DNA of 24,000 nt from Mogibacterium kristiansenii (GCF_009695905.1 NZ_VUNA01000013.1:24750-48749); one strand, 5' to 3'. Numbered from the stretch's first letter, positions 1 to 7,548 are shown. The notes: generated by a model not told the origin, from the letters alone. Made by a program: numbers and translations.

Positions 1-151
1 TATTGCTCTCCTCCACGCCGTGACGAACCAGGCCGTCCACCGCACCGTCCAACAGCTTCTGTACGATAAAGCTGTTGAAACGGGAAGCGATAATGCCTAC
101 CTTCATTCCTTCCGGTGCAACGACTTTTCCTTCTAACAGATTAATTGCCAT
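1..151 (-). CDS. ribH: 6,7-dimethyl-8-ribityllumazine synthase, first 50 codons (gene runs off the window start)
   Basis: Absent from the ORF track because it is truncated. My reverse-complement translation from the ATG (CAT at 149-151 on +) gives MAINLLEGKVVAPEGMKVGIIASRFNSFIVQKLLDGAVDGLVRHGVEESN. This matches the lumazine synthase N-terminus (hydrophobic-I-x-SRFN motif). GGAGG (160-164) lies 8 nt upstream. It follows ribBA in a rib operon. Confidence 0.85.
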   Translation of the reverse strand, partial: MAINLLEGKVVAPEGMKVGIIASRFNSFIVQKLLDGAVDGLVRHGVEESN

Positions 152-258
152 TTCTTTTTCCTCCTACTTTTATCCGTGCCGTCTTCGACACCCTTTGCAA
201 TTTGTTTTTGTATTTTCCCCGGACGCGTCGGGGCGCCCGAATTTGTTTTTACCGAAAA

Positions 259-1476
259 TTACTTATCGAACTTGATCTGCTCGAACACGTGGCCCATTTT
301 GTCCTTCTTGGTGCGGAGATAGAACTCGTCGTATTTTCCCGGCTGAATCTCGATCGGCACCCGCTGGGTAATCTTGAAGTCGAAACCTTCCAGACCGTAG
401 ATTTTGCTCGGGTTGTTGGTCATGAGGCGGATGGATTTCACGCCCAGGTCCTGCAGCATCTGCGCACCGGACCAGTACTCCCGCAGATCCGGCTCAAAAC
501 CCAGTTCCACGTTGGCTTCCACCGTGTCTCGACCGTGTTCCTGCAGCTCGTACGCCTTCAGCTTGTTGATCAGGCCAATGCCCCGGCCTTCCTGGCGCAT
601 GTACAGAATCACGCCTCGGCCCTCTTCCTGAACCATTTTCATCGCGGTGTGCAGCTGATCGCCGCAATCGCAGCGGGCGGACCCGAACACATCGCCGGTA
701 AGGCATTCCGAGTGCACCCGGCACAGCACGTCCTCGCCGTCCCGGATGTCGCCGCACACCAGCGCCACATGGTGTTCGCCGGTGATGTCGTTCACATATC
801 CCTTAATCCGGAATTCGCCGTACACGGTTGGCAGCTTGGCGTTTGCCACGCAGTTCATGTGCTTCTCGTAACGGCGGATGTAGTCCTGCAGGTCTTTGAT
901 GGTGATAAAACAAATATCATATTCTTCCGACATCTTCTGGAGTTCCGGCGCCCGCATCATGGTGCCGTCTTCTCTCATCACCTCGCAGCAAAGGCCCACT
1001 TCTTTCAGTCCGGCCAGTCTCATCAGGTCCACCGTCGCTTCGGTATGTCCGTTCCGAACCAGCACACCGCCGTGACGTGCCACCAGCGGGAACACGTGTC
1101 CCGGTCTTCTCAAATCGTTCGGCTGAGTCTCCGGATCCGTCAGCATCCGGCAGGTATACCCTCTCTCCTCCGCGGAGATTCCGGTGGTGGTATTTACGTG
1201 GTCGACGGATACGGTAAAAGCAGTGCAATGGTTGTCGGTATTTTCCGATACCATCTGCGGCAGGTTCAGTCGGTGGGCGAAATCCACCGACATCGGCGTG
1301 CAAATCAGGCCTTTGGCATGGGTCGCCATGAAGTTCACGTTCTCCGTGGTAGCGTGCTCCGCCGCACAGATCAGATCTCCTTCATTCTCCCGATCCGGAT
1401 CGTCGGTGCAGAGAATCAGTTTTCCGGCTCTCAGCGCCTCCAGCGCTTCTTCCACTGTGTTGTATTTAAAACTCAT
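259..1476 (-). CDS. ribBA: bifunctional 3,4-dihydroxy-2-butanone-4-phosphate synthase / GTP cyclohydrolase II
   Basis: 405-aa ORF. The N-terminal half carries DHBP synthase motifs ([18 protein letters not shown]). The C-terminal half carries GTP cyclohydrolase II motifs ([30 protein letters not shown]). GGAGG lies 9 nt upstream of the ATG at 1476. Confidence 0.95.
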   Translation of the reverse strand: MSFKYNTVEEALEALRAGKLILCTDDPDRENEGDLICAAEHATTENVNFMATHAKGLICTPMSVDFAHRLNLPQMVSENTDNHCTAFTVSVDHVNTTTGISAEERGYTCRMLTDPETQPNDLRRPGHVFPLVARHGGVLVRNGHTEATVDLMRLAGLKEVGLCCEVMREDGTMMRAPELQKMSEEYDICFITIKDLQDYIRRYEKHMNCVANAKLPTVYGEFRIKGYVNDITGEHHVALVCGDIRDGEDVLCRVHSECLTGDVFGSARCDCGDQLHTAMKMVQEEGRGVILYMRQEGRGIGLINKLKAYELQEHGRDTVEANVELGFEPDLREYWSGAQMLQDLGVKSIRLMTNNPSKIYGLEGFDFKITQRVPIEIQPGKYDEFYLRTKKDKMGHVFEQIKFDK

Positions 1477-1543
1477 TGCAATAGTCCTCCCTTGCTTTTT
1501 TGTTTGCTTTATTTCACGGGCGAATCGCCCGCCTTTTCCTATT

Positions 1544-2194
1544 CTAAAATCCGTTTTCCGCCAGGAATTCCCAGGTCACTTTGCTTTCCGGGGCTTCTTC
1601 CGGTGCCGGATTCGTCAGCAACCGCTGTACGTATTTTCCGATAATATCGTTTTCCAGATTCACCACATCTCCGGCCTTCTTTCCCAGAAGGATGGTTTCG
1701 CTCCCGGTATGGGGAATGATGGATACTTGGAAGCTGTCCGAGTCCAGGGCGGCCACCGTCAGGCTGATGCCGTCGATGGTGATGGATCCCTTCTCCACAA
1801 TCAGGCGCAGGATTTCCGGCGTGGTTCCGATTCGAACCCAGACCGCATTTCCTTCCTTGCGCTGTTCCACAATCCGACCGGTTCCGTCGATATGCCCGGA
1901 TACCAGGTGACCGCCGAACCGTCCGTCCGCCGCCATGGCTCTCTCCAGGTCCACGGGATCCCCCGGTTTCAGCTGACCCAGATTGGTGCGCCGCAGGGTT
2001 TCCGGCATCACATCCGCAGTAAAACCATCTCCCGTCATTCGGGTGACGGTCAGACACACCCCGTTTACCGCAATGCTGTCTCCCAGCTGCGTGCCTTCCA
2101 GTACCTTGGATGCCTGCAGGTGAATCTCTCCGGATTGGCTTCCCATGCGAACGCCCTGCATGGTTCCCACTTCTTCTACTATTCCGGTGAACAT
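1544..2194 (-). CDS. ribE: riboflavin synthase (alpha chain)
   Basis: 216-aa ORF starting with the canonical [10 protein letters not shown]. It has two lumazine-binding repeats (the second near [12 protein letters not shown]). AGGAG lies upstream. The ATG overlaps the end of ribD by 16 nt, which suggests translational coupling. Confidence 0.95.
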   Translation of the reverse strand: MFTGIVEEVGTMQGVRMGSQSGEIHLQASKVLEGTQLGDSIAVNGVCLTVTRMTGDGFTADVMPETLRRTNLGQLKPGDPVDLERAMAADGRFGGHLVSGHIDGTGRIVEQRKEGNAVWVRIGTTPEILRLIVEKGSITIDGISLTVAALDSDSFQVSIIPHTGSETILLGKKAGDVVNLENDIIGKYVQRLLTNPAPEEAPESKVTWEFLAENGF

Positions 2195-3306
2195 TCCGTC
2201 TCTCCTTCCACATCGTATTCCAGCAGCATGTCGTTCAGCAGCACGGTAATCTTAGCCAGCCGCAGCTTTGCGCATTCCTGCGGAAGGCGGATGCCCGACC
2301 CTTCCACCGGTGTCTTGGCATCCTCGCCGCCAAAGATTTTCGGTGCGATGTACGCGTATACGTGATGAACGATATGTGCTTTTAGGACGGCTTCATTGAC
2401 CGTGCCTCCCCCTTCTATCAGGACGGAGTCGATCTTCTCTTCTCCCAGCCGCTGCATGAGCACGTTCAAATCCGGATGGCCGTTCTTCTCCGGAAGGGTC
2501 CAGACCTTGGCCCCGGCTTCTTCCAGCTTCTGAATTCGGTTTGTCCCTTCTTCCCGGTCCCGGGTGCTCTCATTGCACACGATCAGCAGCGGATACTCCT
2601 TCGCACTGCGAACCAGCCGGCTGCCCATTGGAATCCGCAGGTGGCTGTCCAGAATAATCCGCAGCGGCTGATGGGCTCCGTCGATTCGGCAGTTCAGCAT
2701 CGGGTCGTCCGCCAGCACCGTGCCGATGCCCGCCAGGATTCCCGCATATCGGCCGCGTAGCTGATGCACGTGATTCCGGGCCGCTTCCCCCGTAATCCAT
2801 TTGGAGGCGCCGGTTCGAGTCGCGATTTTTCCATCCAGCGTCATGGCAAATTTCAGAACGACGTACGGCGTCTTGGTGGTGATGTAGTGGAAAAACACCG
2901 GATTCAAGGCATCGCAGGCCTCTCGCATGTAGTCCTCCACCACGTTGATTCCGTGCTCCCGAAGAATCCGAGCCCCTTTGCCCGCCACCTTCGGATTCGG
3001 ATCTCGAGATCCGATAACCACCTTGGCGATTTTCTTTTCGATGATAATCTCCGTGCAAGGCGGCGTCTTTCCGTAATGGCAGCAAGGCTCCAGCGTCACG
3101 TACAGAGTTGCGCCCGCCGGATCTTCAGTGCAGGCCGCCAGCGCATTTCGCTCCGCGTGAAGTTCGCCGTATTTCCGATGATATCCCTCACCAATCACTC
3201 GACCGTTCTTCACCACCACTGCGCCTACCAACGGGTTGGGAGCCGTCCAGCCCACCCCTTGCTTCGCCAGTTCAATGGCTCGTTTCATGAATTGTTCTTC
3301 TGCCAT
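2179..3306 (-). CDS. ribD: bifunctional diaminohydroxyphosphoribosylaminopyrimidine deaminase / 5-amino-6-(5-phosphoribosylamino)uracil reductase
   Basis: Deaminase zinc motifs are present (HAERNAL, TLEPCCHYGKTPPC), followed by a reductase domain (KFAMTLDGKIATRTG). The ORF track starts at 3333. I prefer the ATG at 3306 (MAEEQFMKRAIELA) because AAGAGGGA sits 5 nt upstream of it. Confidence 0.92.
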   Translation of the reverse strand: MAEEQFMKRAIELAKQGVGWTAPNPLVGAVVVKNGRVIGEGYHRKYGELHAERNALAACTEDPAGATLYVTLEPCCHYGKTPPCTEIIIEKKIAKVVIGSRDPNPKVAGKGARILREHGINVVEDYMREACDALNPVFFHYITTKTPYVVLKFAMTLDGKIATRTGASKWITGEAARNHVHQLRGRYAGILAGIGTVLADDPMLNCRIDGAHQPLRIILDSHLRIPMGSRLVRSAKEYPLLIVCNESTRDREEGTNRIQKLEEAGAKVWTLPEKNGHPDLNVLMQRLGEEKIDSVLIEGGGTVNEAVLKAHIVHHVYAYIAPKIFGGEDAKTPVEGSGIRLPQECAKLRLAKITVLLNDMLLEYDVEGETECSPE

Positions 3307-3383
3307 AGCCGTCCCTCTTTTCTCAAAAACCATATAAAGCCCCGCATCCCTATCGACACGAGGCTTTCTTCTCCCAATCAGTC

Positions 3384-3417
3384 AAATATATAAACCCCGG
3401 AACCATCGTCCCGGGGT
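3384..3417 (-). terminator. intrinsic terminator serving as the expression platform of the FMN riboswitch
   Basis: The minus strand reads ACCCCGG-gacgatggt-CCGGGGT (3394-3417) followed by TTTATATATTT (3384-3394). It lies between the aptamer and the ribD start. Confidence 0.75.
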
Positions 3418-3431
3418 CGCATGCTCTGACC

Positions 3432-3562
3432 ATCTTCTTTCATCCAGACTATACTGTCGGCTTCGGAATCTCACCGAATCATGCGGTTTTCCGGAACTCC
3501 GTCCCTCGGAAAACGCTCGCGGGCTGTACCGCCGGTGGGGAATTGCGCCCCGCCCCGAAGAT
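3432..3562 (-). promoter_or_regulatory. FMN riboswitch (RFN element) aptamer
   Basis: The minus strand reads TCTTCGGGGCGGGGCGCAATTCCCCACCGGCGGTACAGCCCGCGAGC...GATTCGGTGAGATTCCGAAGCCGACAGTATAGTCTGGATGAAAGAAGA. These are the conserved RFN blocks (GGGGCGGGG.AATTCCCCACCGGCGGTA..AGCCCGCGAGC; GGTGAGATTCCGAAGCCGACAGTATAGTCTGGATG). It sits directly upstream of ribD. Confidence 0.92.
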
Positions 3563-3579
3563 TTTAAATTGCCATTGTT

Positions 3580-3607
3580 ATTATACTACATCCCGGCCAA
3601 AAGTAAA
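3580..3607 (-). promoter_or_regulatory. sigma-70-type promoter for the riboswitch/rib operon
   Basis: Minus strand: TTTACT (3602-3607), 16-nt spacer, TATAAT (3580-3585). This places the transcription start about 10 nt upstream of the aptamer. Confidence 0.55.
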
Positions 3608-3620
3608 GATTGTATTTTCC

Positions 3621-4721
3621 TTACGGATGACAATTTCCGCAGGGGCTGTACCCCTCTGCAATCAGCTGTTTCCGGGACTCCTTGGTGGTCACGGTATTCC
3701 GCTCGCTCATCTGCTTCACGGAATAGCAGGATGGGTAGTGGAATTTTCCCGTGTTGGTGTTCACGATGTATTTGGTGCCCTGCCCCTTCTTCACCGTATG
3801 CTTCTGCAGCTTCTTGGAGGAATACGTCGTGCCGTTCTTCCGGGTGCGGTATCCGCTCTTATCTCCGGAGATGGTGGATTTGCTCTCCCCGGTGGCATAG
3901 TCGATCTTAATCTTCGGCTGCACGTTGTAGCAGTAGACGTTAAAAGAAATTCCGCGCCCGCCGTCTTCCACCGACAAAGCTTCCATGTGGACGCCTCGGG
4001 CGACGGCTTCATCTCCCTTAAAAACAGGTGTCACGCGGTACATCACATGGTTTCCGGTGGACCGAAGGTATTCGGCCACTTTCGATTCGAAAGGCTCCAT
4101 CCCTTCCACATTCATGTACCGAGTGCCGGTAATCAGATTGCGGGCCACCGCATCGTTTCCCGTCAGCTGCCAGCCGATTAGGTGGCAGCGGTTGTACAGG
4201 CTTCCGCCGGAGACGCTTCGGTACTGTACACTGTGCCATCCCGTGGGATGGATCTCGCTGATGGATCCTCGCTGCTGACCGTCTTTCGGCATGATCTCCC
4301 GCCCCAGGCAGGCCAGAGTGCCGGTGCACCGTCCCAGACGGTCCAAATCTCCCAGTCGCTCGTAGGCCTTCTTCGAGATTTCCGATTTGCGAAATTCCGG
4401 CTTCCCCCCGTTCAGCTCCCGGTAGGGCTGTCCGGAATAATTCGGTACAGTTTTCCGGATGCTCTTGTCCGACAGGTTCTTGGGAGACAGGCCGCCGGAT
4501 TTGTATCCGGCCTTGGCCACGCCGGCCTCCGCGTGAATGCCCTTGGATTGAATGAGGTTCTGAATTTCATCTCCCTTATGGGCGAAGAGGATGCCGGCGG
4601 CGGCAATTAAAATCACCGCCAGGGTGAGAATCCGCTTCCGGTTGGCACACCGTCCGTCTTCGCCGGGGCCGGGTGTTTTTTTATTCGGTTTTTTTGTGGT
4701 ATGGTTTGCACTCATGTTCAC
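3621..4721 (-). CDS. membrane-anchored DNA/RNA non-specific endonuclease (EndA / DNA-entry nuclease family) with a C-terminal Cys-rich Ada-like zinc motif
   Basis: 366-aa ORF with a basic N-terminus and one TM helix (ILTLAVILIAAAGILFA). The nuclease core resembles S. pneumoniae EndA: YNRCHLIGWQLTG, NLITGTRYMN, HVMYRVTPVF and FNVYCYNVQPKIKIDYATGE. The tail is KFHYPSCYSV...GYSPCGNCHP. The first codon at 4721 is GTG. The ATG at 4715 is an equally plausible start, with AAGGA upstream. Confidence 0.8.
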   Translation of the reverse strand: MNMSANHTTKKPNKKTPGPGEDGRCANRKRILTLAVILIAAAGILFAHKGDEIQNLIQSKGIHAEAGVAKAGYKSGGLSPKNLSDKSIRKTVPNYSGQPYRELNGGKPEFRKSEISKKAYERLGDLDRLGRCTGTLACLGREIMPKDGQQRGSISEIHPTGWHSVQYRSVSGGSLYNRCHLIGWQLTGNDAVARNLITGTRYMNVEGMEPFESKVAEYLRSTGNHVMYRVTPVFKGDEAVARGVHMEALSVEDGGRGISFNVYCYNVQPKIKIDYATGESKSTISGDKSGYRTRKNGTTYSSKKLQKHTVKKGQGTKYIVNTNTGKFHYPSCYSVKQMSERNTVTTKESRKQLIAEGYSPCGNCHP

Positions 4722-4771
4722 AGTGTCCTTTTTTATTGTATTTTAAGTTTATTATACCATACGCTCAAAAC

Positions 4772-4802
4772 AAAAATCCCGGTCATCGGGCCGGGATTTT
4801 TG
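4772..4802 (-). terminator. intrinsic terminator after the lipoprotein gene
   Basis: The minus strand reads AAAAATCCCGG-cccgatga-CCGGGATTTTTGTTTTG, immediately downstream of the stop at 4815. Confidence 0.8.
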
Positions 4803-4814
4803 CTTATTCACCAT

Positions 4815-5183
4815 TTAATCTTCCATCAGCTTGCCTGTCGGGCTCATGCTGGAAGGGGTATACTTGCCGTTCTCATCCGCCTTGAACAACACGTGCAGGC
4901 GAGAATTCTCATCCGGGCCCGGGAAGTCCACCACCAGGTAACCTTCTCCCCAGCTTTCAGTGGAGTCCTCGTCCTCCACATACTTCACGCCCAGAAACTG
5001 TTCCATTTCTTCCGGCGTCAGTTCATACCACTTGGTTTCCCGCAGCTTGTCGTACTGCTCCTTGGTCACGGTTGCGTTTGGATCGATGCCGTCGTCTTTT
5101 TTCTTATCTTCTCCACCCCCGCAGGCGGCCACTGAGAAGCACATCATCAAAGACATCACCACCGTCATTATTTTCTTTTTCAT
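4815..5183 (-). CDS. small lipoprotein, unknown function
   Basis: Signal peptide with a lipobox: MKKKIMTVVMSLMMCFSVAAC-GGGEDKKK. I prefer the start at 5183 (GGTGAGAG upstream) over the track start at 5195. A terminator follows. No domain recognised in the mature part. Confidence 0.75.
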   Translation of the reverse strand: MKKKIMTVVMSLMMCFSVAACGGGEDKKKDDGIDPNATVTKEQYDKLRETKWYELTPEEMEQFLGVKYVEDEDSTESWGEGYLVVDFPGPDENSRLHVLFKADENGKYTPSSMSPTGKLMED

Positions 5184-5361
5184 ATCTCTCACCATCTCTC
5201 GAAATGATCCTTTCGAATCTCGGGTGCGATAACGGTTTTGTGTAAAACATACGAAGTACTTCTTGCTTGTGAGAGTATTTTACCAAGTTCACGCCGGCGG
5301 AACATCACCCGAAAGGGTATTTTTCGGGGTCTTCCCTTTTTCGCGCCCAAGGGTTCCGTAT

Positions 5362-5392
5362 AAAAAAACGAGCCTCCGGAAGGAAGCTCGTT
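5362..5392 (-). terminator. intrinsic terminator after the 269-aa gene
   Basis: The minus strand reads CGAGCTTCC-ttcc-GGAGGCTCG (one G-U pair) followed by TTTTTTTATAC. It starts 8 nt after the TAA stop at 5400-5402. Confidence 0.85.
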
Positions 5393-5399
5393 CATGATA

Positions 5400-6209
5400 T
5401 TACCTCGTCATTTCCTCAATTTTCGCCGGATAAACGGCAATGGATTCCTTGGACTTCGGCATCCTCCGAACCATCCTGCGAGACAGTGTGCAGCTGTTAT
5501 GATAGTAAGGATAGTATTTCAGGTATATTCGAGGAATCCGAAAGAATCCTTCCGGTCGCTGATTGGATACGCCAATTGCATCCCCCAGCCATTCTCCCGG
5601 TTTGGCCTTTTCCCCATATCCCAAAAGAAGCGACAGCGGATCTTCCTCCACTTCATAGTAATATCTTTCCGTCGAAAAATCTGCATTATAAACACGTGCC
5701 ACAACCGCAGTCTCTCCCAGTTCATAGTAGATTCCCTTGGTATAGTTTATCGTGTAGCGGTATTCTTCGGTTTCCCTTTGGAACTGTCCGCGGAACGGAT
5801 GATTGATGTCAATTCCGAATTCGTTGGGAACATCTATACCTGCTCTAACGTCTGCAATATAAGCTCCGATATATTCCCGCACACATTCTTCCGCTTCTTT
5901 GAACAAACCGGATACATCCTGATATGTCTCGCAAATTAAATCAAACACATCTTCGGGATGACCGAATTCCACCGTTTGCTCGTATAGAACCCGAATCAAA
6001 TCGTTGGGATAAGATTCTTCCACACTGCAGGAATCTCCAATCCAAAGAATACGATTCCCTTTCCACTCATCGCTCAACAAGCTGTGCAGCGCATTTCGCA
6101 CCTCGTTCTCTCTGGACATACACTGATGGAATCTAGCGCCGTAATTAAATGCAAAAGGCTCAATATATTCTCGTTTGTCCACATTGACCCATTTAAAATC
6201 CTCCCCCAT
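5400..6209 (-). CDS. hypothetical protein, no recognisable domain
   Basis: 269-aa ORF flanked by its own candidate promoter and a strong terminator. An in-frame TAG two codons upstream fixes the ATG at 6209. The Shine-Dalgarno is weak (GGTAGTG). The composition is acidic and aromatic-rich, with no TM segment or signal peptide. It is called coding on length and context only. Confidence 0.65.
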   Translation of the reverse strand: MGEDFKWVNVDKREYIEPFAFNYGARFHQCMSRENEVRNALHSLLSDEWKGNRILWIGDSCSVEESYPNDLIRVLYEQTVEFGHPEDVFDLICETYQDVSGLFKEAEECVREYIGAYIADVRAGIDVPNEFGIDINHPFRGQFQRETEEYRYTINYTKGIYYELGETAVVARVYNADFSTERYYYEVEEDPLSLLLGYGEKAKPGEWLGDAIGVSNQRPEGFFRIPRIYLKYYPYYHNSCTLSRRMVRRMPKSKESIAVYPAKIEEMTR

Positions 6210-6277
6210 TGCACACTACCGCAACGGAATTCGTACAAACTTAAAGGATTCCGTCGCGACTCCTTTCTTGTGGTTAC

Positions 6278-6306
6278 ACCATACCTTGAATGCATCGGGT
6301 TGTCAA
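6278..6306 (-). promoter_or_regulatory. candidate sigma-70-type promoter of the 269-aa gene
   Basis: Minus strand: TTGACA (6301-6306), 17-nt spacer, TATGGT (6278-6283). The -35 is embedded in an 8-bp inverted repeat, TCAAGGCT-N16-AGCCTTGA (6303-6334). Confidence 0.5.
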
Positions 6307-6368
6307 GGCTCTAGACGGTCGGCGAAAGCCTTGATTTGCGACCGGCAAAGGAAGTGGCACTGATTCGC

Positions 6369-6621
6369 CCGGGACGTGGTGCCTCACCGCTCGCAAACCC
6401 TTTGTTCTTCGTCGCCAAGCACCACGTCTCCCGAGCCAAAGGAGTCTTCAGCGCCCCGGGCGTGGTGCCTCACTCCCCGCTAGCCCTTGTTCCTTCGTCG
6501 ACAGGCACCACGCCGACAAGGCCAATGGGTCTTCCGCCGCACTGGGCGTGGTGCCTCACCGCCCGCTAGCCCTTATTCCTTCGTCGACAGGCACCACGCC
6601 GACAAGCACACCCGCCCTGCC
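6369..6621. repeat. three tandem 86-bp units, each a long GC-rich hairpin/inverted repeat
   Basis: CGTGGTGCCT starts at 6375, 6461 and 6547, an exact 86-bp period. Copies 2 and 3 are 60/63 identical over 6458-6520 versus 6544-6606. The arms are GGCGTGGTGCCT / AGGCACCACGCC around a conserved ~32-nt core. Copy 1 has GACGTGGTGC / GCACCACGTC, a compensatory pair of changes. Confidence 0.9.
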
Positions 6622-6623
6622 AC

Positions 6624-6663
6624 AAAAAAACCTCCGACGCCGCCTCATCCGCGGCCGTCGAAG
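6624..6663 (-). terminator. intrinsic terminator after the XRE-family gene
   Basis: The minus strand reads CTTCGACGGCCGC-ggatgag-GCGGCGTCGGAG (12 bp with one bulge) followed by GTTTTTTTGTGG, about 30 nt after the TAG stop at 6692-6694. Confidence 0.85.
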
Positions 6664-6691
6664 ATTTCCTCTCATTCTATTTTTTCTACAT

Positions 6692-7459
6692 CTACTTGCT
6701 TTTCTTCCACACAATGGAATTGCCCGCATTCGCATCCACAATTCGATTTACATCGCTGAACCACATATACGTCAAAATGGCGCTTCCGCCCTTCTTCCCG
6801 AAAACCCGGTCTAAATTGCTCATCTTCAGGATCAGCTCCACGGTATCCGCCCCCTCTTTGGAGGATCCCACCGAAACAACCGTCCGATCCGGCACCTCCA
6901 GCGTTATGCAGGTGGCCGCTTTGCTGTTCATCAATTGATTGTACTCTTCCCCCTCGAACACGTAAATTCCCTTGCTCGGGGCTTTGGTCCCGTTCACCCC
7001 GTAGTAGATTCCCGTATTGTCGTTTGGAAATTTATAAAAAGCCATCTTCCGACCCCGATCGATTTTCACATCGTCGAGATGAATTGATTTCACCTCCACC
7101 ACCTCCGCACCGCAGTCTTCGGCGCTCAGCCGAACGTAGGTATGGTTCAGAGCGAACAACCCCAGTCCCACCAACAGAAGCAGCCCCACCGTGAGCGCCG
7201 CCATCTTATAGTTCTGGAAACGCCCCTTGCGCTGTTCCTTCGTAATCTCCTGCACCATCTTGCCATCTCCTTTCACCAGAGCGTCCAAGGAAATATCAAA
7301 AGAATCGCTGATAAAAACCAGCATCTCCAGGTCCGGATAGCTTTTCCCGTTCTCCCAATTGGAAATGGTCTGCCGTGTGACACTGCACCGCTCCGCCAGC
7401 CCTTCCTGGGTCAGGTTATTTGCTTTTCTCAGCTCCGTAATTCTTCTTCCAAGTTCCAT
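6692..7459 (-). CDS. membrane-tethered XRE-family helix-turn-helix transcriptional regulator
   Basis: N-terminal Cro/C1-type HTH (LGRRITELRKANNLTQEGLAERCSVTRQTISNWENGKSYPDLEMLVFISDSF). One TM helix follows (MAALTVGLLLLVGLGLFAL), then a ~140-aa extracytoplasmic domain I do not recognise. The track start at 7468 is a GTG abutting the SD. The ATG at 7459 lies 9 nt after GGGAGAGGG. Confidence 0.85.
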   Translation of the reverse strand: MELGRRITELRKANNLTQEGLAERCSVTRQTISNWENGKSYPDLEMLVFISDSFDISLDALVKGDGKMVQEITKEQRKGRFQNYKMAALTVGLLLLVGLGLFALNHTYVRLSAEDCGAEVVEVKSIHLDDVKIDRGRKMAFYKFPNDNTGIYYGVNGTKAPSKGIYVFEGEEYNQLMNSKAATCITLEVPDRTVVSVGSSKEGADTVELILKMSNLDRVFGKKGGSAILTYMWFSDVNRIVDANAGNSIVWKKSK

Positions 7460-7548
7460 ATTCGACACCCTCTCCCGAAAAATATTTGCAAGATGATTCT
7501 GCCTTTATTATAGCCGAAAGTCTATCCAATTACATTTGCATCGCCCAT

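Noticed and set aside
145-2365. Plus-strand ORFs of 499 aa (145-1644) and 393 aa (1184-2365) over the rib operon.
   Set aside because: They are antisense shadows of ribBA/ribE/ribD. Their translations are Arg/His/Leu-rich with no recognisable domain. The minus-strand genes are canonical and sit behind an FMN riboswitch.
6369-6621. The 86-bp repeat array considered as a CRISPR array.
   Set aside because: There are only three units. The conserved unit is about 63 nt and is itself a long-range palindrome with a conserved 32-nt interior, unlike 23-47-nt CRISPR repeats. The 'spacers' are only ~23 nt and partly conserved. No cas genes or leader are present in the window.
6336-6814. Plus-strand ORFs (77, 90 and 88 aa) and a minus-strand 61-aa Arg-rich ORF crossing the repeat array.
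   Set aside because: The 86-bp period is not a multiple of 3, so each copy is read in a different frame. The ORFs cross a terminator hairpin, lack SDs, and are Pro/Arg-rich as expected from GC-rich non-coding sequence.
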